A DNA stretch of 64,000 nucleotides from Antedon mediterranea (taxonomy: Eukaryota; Animalia; Echinodermata). The translations under genes were made by a program, and so were the position numbers. The notes under the pieces are model-generated. The model saw only the letters and a list, made by a program, of their open reading frames with translations, was not told the origin of the DNA and ran no database searches. Shown in pieces: positions 40,811 to 52,900 of the stretch (the first letter of the stretch is position 1; each line of letters begins with the position of its first letter). Location of the stretch: positions 6,572,001 through 6,636,000 of the forward strand of contig NC_092671.1 of the NCBI RefSeq assembly GCF_964355755.1, written 5' to 3'.

Positions 40811-43800
40811 GCTTCACTCTTGTTTTACATTCAAGTGGTCATGGCAAATGTACATATAAAAACTAGAGATACTAAGCTTATGGCTACGACTGGATCATGG
40901 AATAATAGATTGGTAATAGAGCAGGTACTACAATTAAGCCCTTTAATTGTATTGGATCTTTGAAAATGATAGTAACACCATAGAAAATCACTGTATGAAA
41001 AACTACATGACCTAAATAAAACAGTGTATGGTTTTTCCAATGTTCTTAAAAGATCATTGTTTTTCTAAGGATTTTTTCACCTTATGGTGTTTGGTGTTCC
41101 AAACTTTAGAAACATTACTGTATTGGTGGAGGAGTGGCATACCCCCCACAAACATACACACTTAGTGGAGTCTGGCCCAAACGCTAAAGAAATGGAGATG
41201 GGCACCACGGCCGTAAGCATTAGCTTAGGTTTCGACCTTACCTACTGTATTGGTAAATATACAATATTATATTGTGTACAGTATAGATATAACCAATAGT
41301 AAAACACTGTAGTTCTACATGAAGGAAACATCAGTAATACACAGTATACCTGTATCATATGAATACAGTGTTATTGATGTAATAATACAAGAAAAACTAT
41401 AGATAATATGTAGATATTGTAATACTAACTAAGAATAGGTAGTGCATTAACAATAACAGCAGTACTAATACATCAGCGCCCAAAACTAAACGGATCATTT
41501 TGCATGAAAACGAACTTGCAAACATAGCATCCATCATAGTTTCTTGTGTCAACTCTCACAAAATCTCGGAAAATTTGAGTGGCCCCACATCCAGATTTAT
41601 GGAAAAAAACAACCAGTACGGTAAAAAAAGAATTTGGGAAAGTTCCTGGTTTTTTGGGGTGCCCAGTTATTATATCTATATCTGCAGTATTATTCAATCG
41701 ACACTGAATGACTTCCAACCAAATACTAACTACTAAATAGGGGTCTATACTAAACAATCAATCACTAATGTTATATTATAAGATTGTATTGTTTGTAAAC
41801 AAATTTTAATGGCAATAATTTTTAAATGTTTATCAAATCAGCAAATTGTAACTTGTAAAAAGATTTTTTAAATGTTTGTAAGAAACGGTAAGTCATCCAG
41901 TGTATTTTATTCATATTTGTTAAATAATTCTGTCGGAATTTAAAGACAAGAATTATTATCTGAGAAAAAATACTTATGTTAATTGGAATATCCATTGTAA
42001 AATTCCACTATTTTTTTTTGGCAAAATACAGATTAATATATAAATAAGTCAGAGTAATATATTGTACACAATTCATATTTTGAAATATTTTAGAGAAACT
42101 GTAACAAAAAATAATAATGATTGTATGAGAAATTGTAATTTATATGTATGTAATTCACAACATTTAACAATGGGGAATAACAATTGATGTGATTGAAACA
42201 GTTTACATGGTAAACTTACAGATATATGTCATCTGTCATCACAACATTAACGCATAAGAATAGGCTTATAAAGAATTTAAAGATCTGTTAATTTGTCCTT
42301 CATTGAAATGAAATGCCTATTTTACAAATTAAACACAGGTGACCTGATCATAATCAACTTAATGCTAATGTGTGTGATGTCATTTGACATATGTTAGATA
42401 GTATATAGGTATACACCTAATGTCTAAAAATAAATAACTTGTATCTATCTTTAGGCTACCCATGAAGTAAGTCAACAAATTATTGTAATGAACATTACAA
42501 AACATAATTGTATATTGTATAGATGTTAATTGCCAAAATTGATTAAACCTTGCAATTCTATAGTGTTAATGATGCCAACAAATAGGCTAGTGTGTAGATT
42601 TTTTGAAATATATCTTTTAAACAATTAATTAAATTCAACACCTTAGAATGAAATGCAAATTGTTTAATCAAATTCATAACGTATCCACCAATGGATGTCT
42701 TTAGCATGCAGCTGTTAAAATTTGGAATGAATTTTGAAATATTTCCGACACTGCACAATTATTTTTCGATTTATTCTGTACAAAGTTTAACAATTTGGTG
42801 CTTAAAATAGATCAGGTGTCATTATTTTTTCTTTTTATAACCCAATTTAATGAGTAAATTCTGATATTTGAGCATAAAAAGTAATTAATTTTTGTATTAC
42901 TTACATGTATATTTCTAGGATACAATTAATTTATTTCTTAACCACTGTTAACCGTGTATGGAAAGGGTTAGAATACTTATAATTGGAACAATCTCAATCT
43001 AGAATGTAATATAAAAGATTTGTAAAATAAAATAAGTGTATTGTAGTGAAATGATAAGGAAAACTTTCAAAATGTATTTCTTTCCTAGTGTCAACCGAGA
43101 TGTAAATTTAACATTATTTTGTACTACCACTATATTGAAGAAATTTGTAGAGTTTTTGTATGATAAACAAATGATTATTATGTAGTATTCGAATGACTCG
43201 TTGTCGTTAGGGTGCTACGAATGCTTTCTTCCAAGTCTTGTCAATGCTTTGCCTTTTTGTAGCCCATCAAGAACAAAGCAACGTGTAAATATTCAATGTA
43301 TAAAATCTGTTTTATTTTCTACCGTTTCTGTAAATTACTTCTTTGTTTATTAATATTATTATTATATCAGTAATTCGTAAAGATCTGTATATCTCTGACC
43401 GCATTAGCTTTGTTCGCATAGACAAGGAATATACTTCTTTGCGATCAAGGTTGAAATAATAACCTTTTATACTAATAATTGTACAGCAATTTTACAGAGA
43501 TGGTGATCTAATGGGCCGACATTTAGTATCGACAGTTAATAAACTTGTATTTGAGGTGTGGGACCTTTTTTCTAGAAGTATAGAAGTACAGTAGAACCTC
43601 TATTCAAGAGACACCCATTATAGGGACACTTTCAAAACAAAGGAGGGGCAATAGATATTTTACCACTAAGGATAACCCCTATTAAAGGGACACATTGTTT
43701 GGGTCCTGAAGGTGTTTCTTAATAGATAGTTCTACTGTACTGTTTTACTTGTGTTTTTTTACAATTGTACAGTTACTGATAAACTATTAAAGGTAAAACA

Positions 43801-44230
43801 ATCTATTATTTTTGTATTACAATTTTGATGATTCTACTATACAATTAAAAACACTTGTCTCATTCTCTCATCAGTAATATTTAACTAAATAGGTGAGAAT
43901 TTTATAGAAAAAGAATATAGTGTAGAAATACATTTATTAAAAATATGTGTAAATTATTCAAAATGCACTTATAGTTAACTCAATCAAGGACATATTGTTA
44001 TAAGAATACTGTATGTAATATTACAATAATTATTATATTGTTAATACTATTGTTGTTATTGATTTTTATTTTATTTCTTTTTTTTTTGTGTTTTCAACTA
44101 TAGAGCCGACACATTAGGTTTTGTATATAATAGCTATCCAGTACATAAAGAATTATGATAGGGTATTTTTCGTCTGTTGTCTAACTCATTGTGAATAAAC
44201 TGTCTGTGCTGTGGTTCTGCCAATAAATGT
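40811..44230 (+). other. Probable long 3' UTR of KMT2C/D
   Basis: AT-rich non-coding sequence after the stop; AATAAA near 44194 and 44222 followed by T-rich sequence. The end point is a guess because earlier AATAAA motifs also exist. Confidence 0.35.
43589..43737. mobile_element. Tc1/mariner (pogo/Tigger-like) MITE
   Basis: TIR CAGTAGAACCTCTATT / AATAGATAGTTCTACTG with TA TSD; degenerate relatives near 8720-8850, 13975-14060, 36105-36230, 55505-55547 and 59780-59850. Confidence 0.75.
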
Positions 44231-45349
44231 TTTATTCTCATAGAAATTCTATTTTCAGTTGTCATGGAAATTTATTTTGTCTTTCCAGTTAACCCGTGTT
44301 CACACGATCTTGAGTTGAAATGTTATACTCGGAGAATGCCACTTTTTAACTTAAAGGGTAGCTCCGGTTATAACATCTCGGGTCTTTATTATAAAATATA
44401 ACCTTTGCAATAGCATTAATAATAGTACTGTATTAACCTGCTTATTTTCCGTCCGTCAACATCAAAGCAGAACGCGCGTCATGAAATAAACCCCTCCCCT
44501 TTTAAAGAAGTGGTGCAACATAATGTTATGTGGACAAACATACCCCTCATCAAAACTGAAGCATGGATGGTGACGTATTGTTCTATGTGTAGCCTAAAGT
44601 TTAGTGGGCCTTCTTACCTCGATTTATATATATTTTTTCTGTATTAAATGGCTAAACTTTACGCAAATTCTTACACTTTATATTACCGTAGATTTTTACA
44701 TCCAAATCTGTTATTTTAACGCATTTAAATCTAAATTAATGTCTTTAACTTACAGAGCAGTGCTTTCCGTGTTTCTTCTACTTCAACTTAACCACGATTT
44801 GTTTGGTAACTAAGTATGTGTTGCCAAGAAATTTACACAGCAACACAATAGCGCGCGTGTGTGTGTCGACGCGTAGAGACGGTAGAACGTGATGATAACG
44901 CATTGAATAAATTGTGACCGTTGTCAGGGTTCGAGTGCGTGACGTGGGGTGTGTCGAAAGCGAAGACCTCGAAAGTGAAGATCGAAGACCGAAGACCTCG
45001 AAAGCGAAGACCCTACGAAATGGTAGTGTACACAAAATCGGACCAAAATCACACACAACTGATGAACACCTTGAATTTACAGATTCTAAAAAAATATTTC
45101 GATTTTAATCGTTATGTTATCAAAAAACATGACTTTATCTATGAACAAGCTCACGTGTATTCTCCAATGGAGTTAATATGTGATATGGTTTTACGAACAA
45201 ATACATCGCGCTATTTGCAAGGTGACGGACGCACAAGAAGGACATCGCACAGAGCATTGAATTGAATGCAATGCCTACAATTTAAAACCATAGCCAAATT
45301 GTATAGAAAAGTATAGAAATAAACTACAATATGTAAATTATAAGAAGTA

Positions 45350-47795
45350 AAGGATTGCGATAGCCCTATTTAGGCTAATTTTAGAGCCTATATAAAAAGT
45401 GTCCGTATCATAGATTTTACACTTGTTTTAAAAAATGTTATACGCGTGAATACAACTTAGAGATCCTTTTTTTTTTTGCATTTAAATATGTTGATATTAT
45501 GTTTATTATCTATAATATTTGCATATTATCTAAAATGTATGAATAAATACAATAAGATATTTATTTTCCTTTAATTATTCTGTATAGTATTTTAAACGTT
45601 TACATTTTCCCCATTTTAGCCTATACTGCAGTATTGCTGATTTAATTATTCGCCAGTTTAAAAATGTTTTTCTAATAATAATGGACAAATAATATTATCA
45701 GTATCGGTTAGTGTGATTGGTGAAGCGACAGTAATATGTAAAGAAGAAAAATGTAAAAAGTAAAATAAATATTTCATTAACCAACGTATGAACAGCTTGG
45801 TTCCCACTAGAACGTAACGCAAGGACGTAAACGCAACGCAAGCGTTTTAACCAATGACAAGCGAAGTAGACAGTTAGCAATCACAAGCGAATAAGCTAAC
45901 AAAAACATCCTGCCGCAACGTATCGTATTGACGCGCAACATAAGAAAATACTCTATTTTGCATCTCCTCACGAGAGAATCATTACGATGAACGTAAGGCA
46001 TAAACGGTGTTGAACACGTCAGTTCCCACTTGTGAGGACACGCAAGTTTGTTCTTAATGCGCACTTTGCGTGGATCTGGAAACTAATTCCAGCTCTTAAA
46101 ATATTTCCAGGCCAAATTTGATAGAACATATTCAAATTATGATTTGACAAAAAGCTAAAAAGAACGAACGATAGGAATCAGCGTTCTGCAAATTTTGGTT
46201 ATAATCGATCGTTTCCTGCGACATATCATCTGTTTCACGGCTTCCATAATTCAGAATAACATTTAATTATGCCATTATGTCAACGTTAACAAAGACAAAA
46301 GCCATTCAAAACAAAGATTGAAATAAAAAATATTCGCTTCAAAATTGTCGATTTTGTTACGGTTGCAATGTGATTAGTGACGATATTAAAACGGGTGTTT
46401 ATTTATATCGGTATTACGTTTACCGACACTGTCAAAAGACATTTCCAGTTCCAGACAGTTTAATGAAGTTCCAGTTCCGCCAACCACAATTGTCCTTATC
46501 ATCAAAGTAAAAAAACTGACTTCTGAAGCATTGCCCGTGGTGAATACAAAAAAAAAAGAGTTACTCTCTATACATGTCTTTGTTAAGGATGGTGAATTTT
46601 TATCGGGCTTAACCACTCTAACCCCCAACCTTCTATTTCACAGGCTTGTGGGATGAGACGACTATTCAACAGTCTCCCGATTTTCAACAGATTGTCGACG
46701 TCCCGCTTCTAAATGTTTGCATATCCCTGCCATGAGTCTCCATTAACAAAAAAAAATATAAATTTAAAAAAAATGAAGAAACAGGTTACCGGTTGTATAC
46801 TGACCATTTAAATATAGAATTGACACTACACAAACAAATCTAAGAGAATTATATACTATTATAACGGTTAACGATCGAGCAAAATCTTCAGTTCGTTCTA
46901 CAGTAGGCCTATTAATTAGAATACAGTATAATTTTTGATTTTGACAATAAAAAGATATAAAATAATAAATAAATAAAGCTATTGGGACGAACTGTCATCG
47001 GCCCGGGAAATATTTTAAGAGCTGAAATTTGTTTTCAGATCGACGCAACGTATCCACGCAAAGTGCACCGTAATGCGTGGTCTAGCGACGCAACACAAGG
47101 ACGTAACGCAACGCAAGTGAATTGACCAATCACAAGCGATGGCTTATTCGCTTCTGATTGCTAATTGTCTATAACTTCGCTTGTCATTGGTTAAAACGCT
47201 TGCGTTGCGTGTACGTTCTTGCGTTACGTTCTAGTGGGAACCAAGCTTAAGGAAATAACCTTGCGTGTCATCACAAGTGGGAATCGACGTGTTCAACACA
47301 CCGTTTCTGCTTTACGTTCATCATAATGATCTTTTCGATCGTGAGGGGATGCAAAATAGATAGATGAGTATTTTCTTTACGTTGCGCATCAATACGATAC
47401 GTTGTGGCAGGATTTTTTTGTTAGTGGTTTATACGTTGGTTAATGAAATATTTATTTTCCTTTTTAAATTTTTCTTTACATAGTAGGCCTACTGTCGTTT
47501 CACCAACCACACTAAATATTCTGATACTGATATTATTTGTCTATTATGAATACATTAGAAAACATTTTGAAACTGGCGATTAAGTAAAACAGCAATATTA
47601 TACAATGGGAAAATGTAAAAGTTTAAATACAATACAGGAAAATGAATATCTTATTGTATTTATTTATACATTTAGATAATAAACAATAGGCTAATATTAT
47701 AGATAAAAAACACATAGCAACATATACAATCAAAATACGGACACTTTTTATATATAGGCTCTAAAATAAGCCTAAAAAAAGCCTACCGCCATCCG
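45350..47795. repeat. Large diverged inverted repeat (arms ~45350-46113 and ~47000-47795, ~0.9 kb spacer)
   Basis: For example AGAGCCTATATAAAAAGTGTCCGTAT vs ATACGGACACTTTTTATATATAGGCTCT, and CAGCTCTTAAAATATTTCC vs GGAAATATTTTAAGAGCTG. Confidence 0.8.
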
Positions 47796-47899
47796 CCCTC
47801 TTTTTTCTTTTTTATTTGGACCGTATTCGGTTCGTAAATTTAATAGATCACTTTGTGTCACGAGATTAAAATTCTCAAAATCCATTGTTTTGATGATGT

Positions 47900-48037
47900 A
47901 ACGCCTGTGTCTGGCGGTGTGTAGAGCTTTTACTCGGCGCGGGTGTAAACAATTGTTTGATAAACGAAAGCAAAAGTCATGATATAAGAGAAATTCAATT
48001 CTTTGTTCTAAATAATCACTAAATATATGTTGTTTTG
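47900..48037 (+). promoter_or_regulatory. Putative promoter / non-coding first exon of STK11IP
   Basis: Locally CpG-richer patch ending in a strong donor TTG|GTAAGT at 48037/48038; the ATG exon has its own acceptor at 49944-49945. Confidence 0.4.
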
Positions 48038-49960
48038 GTAAGTACTGACTGTAATAACGACATTATTAGCCTCTCTCACTCTCAGCAGGTAGGGCTAGGC
48101 CCTGTCTGTAGGCCTATTCCACATATTTAGCTAGCTAGGGCTAGACTAGAGTAGGCCTACGTGTAGAGGGCGGGATTGACGGAGGCCAGGGCTAGCCTAG
48201 CCTACAATTACTGCTTTTTGTAGGTGACTATACTTTTAAACTTTAACTTTAGAGGCCTAACTGTAATAAATCAAACCAAAATGAATAACGATTCAAGCGA
48301 AAACACACAAAATTATATATTTACAAAATTTCCTTTTTCATGTAACACGATGAAATCAAACAAACAATTACAACTGGTTTTTTTAAGTCTTTTTACTAAC
48401 TTTTGTAATAACTAGTGAATCAAGTTATGAAATTAGACATTATACAGCAAAGTTTTGATGTTATACTTAGAATCACTTACCCTACTTTTTTTATGTGAGA
48501 TTATAATACAGTCATAAATATCTGACGTTTTATTATTAACTCAGTACAACAAAATGTTATTTATAAATGAAATGAGATTTAATGTGTATTTTGGACGTGA
48601 TATTGAACATAAAATCATGCTTTCTTTGTTCTAAAGGTTGAATTATAAATAATGACATAAGATAATGAAATGTTTTCATTTTTGTACAAATACTGTACAG
48701 AGTAAAATAAATATAAAACCAATAATGAACATATTATATTAACATAACGTAAGAAAAGAAATGTAAGTGAAAACGGACGCAACAACAATAATAAACAAGG
48801 TTTATTTATTTAAATTGTCTTGCATTGCAGTTAACAAACTGAATTACAACAATCGTGACAATTTATAAAAATAGTAAATATTGGATAAATAACATTAATA
48901 TTAACATCTCCATTAATCACATACAAGCAAGCTAGCTTCCCTCTAATTATTAAAAACATAAAATAATTCACCATTATTTTTATATTTAACTTTGCTGTTA
49001 ATAACACTTCAACAAATTGAAGACACAAAACGTAACACATTTCATTGTTATGTTAATAAAAAACAACCATGCTACACCACCTTCATTGTCTAACATGGAA
49101 TTCAAGACACACCCTCATTGTTTTAAAACAATAGCAGTAGTAGCCTTTTCAGAGTTTTTGCAATCCAATATTGGTAGGTTTTACTGTGGAACTGTATAAT
49201 ACTGAAATAATTCAAGCCTTACTAAATATCAATTTTTCCAAAAATCGCTATAAAAAAGGAATTTCGATTTATTTATTTTTTTTTTTCCTCCTATTTTCTT
49301 ACGAAGGCATAGGCTTATTTAAGTATTGTTGATAATATACAATATTATTAGACATACAATAGGCCTATATAACCAGAGTTTTAAAATACTTAATGTATTA
49401 TTAACTGATTTAATGGTCATTTCTGTTTTTATTAGAACACATTAGGCCTGCAAGAGTAAATGTACACACAATGTACAAGTTTATTGCCCGTTTAAGATTA
49501 TTATTATAATAATATTAATAAACGTATATCTAAATCATTTAAAATAGATTCAAATATATCCACACCACAGTATTCTAAATAATACTTATATCACAGAAAG
49601 TAATATGATAATACGCCGTACATTTTATGTCGGTCGATTTCGATCGATCACGTTAGAATGCACCCACATTTTTAGAATGGAATAACCCGATGAAAAGACC
49701 AGCAGAACAAACGGAAGTTGATGCATAGTTGGGGTCCATACATAGCGCCTTATATGGGCATTCAAAACCGAAACCGTTTGCGGCCGAACACGATGTACAC
49801 CCAATTGCTGGGCTCTCCAGACAGATAACTAAACTAGCATATAGGTCTATGCCTAATATGAAACGTTAAAACAAGTTTTTGTTTTGGGGTTTTTAGGCCT
49901 AAAATTAAAACAATTTGTCAGTATAATTAAACTTATTATTTTTAGGTATCATCAGTGAAA

Positions 49961-52900
49961 ATGGAAAACACAGAAACTATGGTGGGAACCATTCACTATT
50001 CAAATAATGGTAAAGTGATGATGAGAATGATATCAGAACTCATCAGAAAAAATGGTATGTAATGTAAATTAAAAATAAATTGTTTTTGTATGATTTTAAA
50101 CTGCTTTACACTATTATTATTATTATTATTATTTATTGCCAAAAACCAGTTACAAACAAACAAAACACAGAAACTAAGGGAGTAGGCAGGAACCTAAAAG
50201 TGAACCTAATCACTATAACAAGAGTTCAGGTTCCGTACTCCCAAAGTAACAACAATGATATAAAATAAACTATATAAAAATATTTAAAAAACAAATAGAC
50301 GAATCAACAGTGTCAATATAAAATAAACGGATAAAATACATAATAGTCGATTCAACAAAGTCAATATAAAACATGTGATTTAAGTGAATTTAAAAATATT
50401 TGAAAACTGTCTAAAATTAAAGAATTTTTAATCATTTCCGGTAATTCTTCCCACAACCTAGGGAATATATTAATAGCGGAATGATGAAGACAATTCCTAT
50501 TAGTATTATTAATCAGTATGGAAAATATTGATCATCATAAATTTATTTTTGCATGGTTTATTTTATGTAACTAATTAATTTACAACAAAAATAACAATCC
50601 AATGTTATATATTTTAAGTAAATTTTCTTTTGGATGATCAATGTTATATAATAATTAATATTGAATGTATACTGTATACAACAAAAATAACGGTTATTTT
50701 TCTTTCAATAAAATTTTAAACAAAACCCCATTGACTTTACATTTATTATTTTAGTTTGTCTTTATTTTATTTTACCTTTTTTTCACAGAAAGGCAAATTC
50801 TTCGAGGTGAAAGTAAGCTGTCCTTAGATACCCTATCCTTAGCCTGTCTCAATCAATTTTTTGCTGTGCATTACGAAGGTCTGGGGACAAGCTCAACAAA
50901 TCGTAATGGTCTCAATAAAGCATCTGTAAAAGATGTAGAATTTTTATATCAAATTGTTCAGAAGACTCCAGTTATGAAGGTAATGTATAGAATGCAGGGG
51001 TGCAGCCAGATAATTCGGAAGTGGGAGTTAGTTTGTGGGTGCGAATAAAATGAAACAGTACTTTATGTTACTAAAAATTTATTTAGTGGGTGCTATGTTG
51101 AAGACCTTAAAAATATCCTATAGGGTGGGTAAAACTTTGAGAGTGGGCGTTCACCCAACATTTGCATCCATGCTAATCAAAGTAGAAGTTGACATTCACA
51201 TTGCATGCATCACCTACCACGGTTGGGCCAGTTCAGAACTCAGCATTTCTAACCAACACAAACAGGAACCAGTACCATTTTTAAAATGGTTATTAATAAA
51301 AAAAAAAATTCATAAAATATGTAAATAAAAAGAATATGGGGCGTTGAATAACAATTAATCACTTCCTAGATAATAGCATCCAAACAACAATAGGTTTAAT
51401 ACAATTTAGCCTCCATTGTCTTAAATCTGTATTGTCTTAACAATTGAAACTCTTAAAACTAATTATTATATTTGAAAGGTGCACAATTATTTCCTATTCA
51501 AACTTTTTGGGCAAGGTCAAGAATGTTGAAAGATTTAATTATCTTTATTTTAATATCATAATAAAATAGAAATTCATCTTAAAAATTGGCAAATATTAGT
51601 ACGATAAAAAACAAACAAACAAAAATTCATATACAACAGAGTATACCCACAATATTGCACAAAACTTAAGTTTTAAAATGCAGTAAGAAGTTAAAATAAG
51701 ATAAAAATGCATGAATAAAATGATTAAAAGGTTCTAAATTGATAAAAAAAAATTAATTTGCATACAGTAGTCTTAATTACAGTGCAGTATTTTAGCAATG
51801 GTGAAGTGAATTAATAATATGGATGGCATTTGCAACAAATCTTGTCCTGATAGTCTTAGTTATTAGAACTTGTATTCTACAACTGTTGATGTATTTTTGC
51901 ACCGTTCCTTTGGCAGTTATATTCAAGAAGCATTGGGAAACAGTTACAGTACCATGCGGTAGCCTATAGTTTAATAAGCCGGAAAAAATGGGTATTTGGA
52001 AACTCGGACTGGGCATGCGCACACCCCAAAATGAAAACATTTGCTGATAAATATTGAGATGCATGTAGACAGTAGTTATTGTGAGATGAGCGGCGTTTTT
52101 TTGTAAGGAATATTTCTTGTTTAGCACTAATTAAATACTGCACGTGTCTTTTTCCCAGCTTGTGCATGGTACAAGCACTTTGCAAGGTACAGTTGACATA
52201 TCCCGATTTAACAACCTGTCTGAGCTGGAGATTAAGAAAGTCCCTGTTCACCTTCTGTCAGGTTTAAAGGGACTGCGTCACCAACTCAAGGTTCTTTCTT
52301 GTACCCGATGTATCAACACAATACAGGTATGCATTGTTAAGCTCTGTCTACACTATCAAACTTTTTGTGACAACAAAATGTGATGTGCCCAAATATGAAA
52401 GTGACATGCACAAATATGGTAGTGCTATGACATCATCATGTCCATATATGAAGTTTGATAGTGAACTGTAGACAAGGGTTTACATTATTCTTTTTAGAAT
52501 TAGTTTATAATCAGAGAGTGAGTAACACAATTGTGAATCAGACTGGAATGAGAAATAAAAACTACCTTTTCCATTGTTTAGACAGGAAGAAGTAGATGAA
52601 ATCCTTTTCTAATGATCATATTTATTTAATATTTATTCAGTCATTTGTGCAAACAATTTTGTTGATAGAAAATTTAGAATGAAAATGATATTAATGTTGT
52701 ACAGATATTACAACTCCACTCCCAAACAATTATAATAATTATAAGACTTTGTATATGTAGAGCATCTTGTGTATGTTTGTCTTGTGAACAATATTGCCAC
52801 CTTTAAGAAAGATAGTAAATGAATTCGCTTATGGTTATCCTTGGCAATTTGCCTAATAATTTAATATAATTTAAATATATAATAAAAAAAAATATATATT

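Noticed and set aside
41473-41757. ORFs or a mariner-like remnant downstream of the KMT2C stop
   Set aside because: Only a weak one-sided TIR resemblance and no protein similarity.
44351-44800. TTAA-AGGGTAGCTCCGG as a Kolobok-type transposon left end
   Set aside because: I could not find a matching inverted right end in the window.
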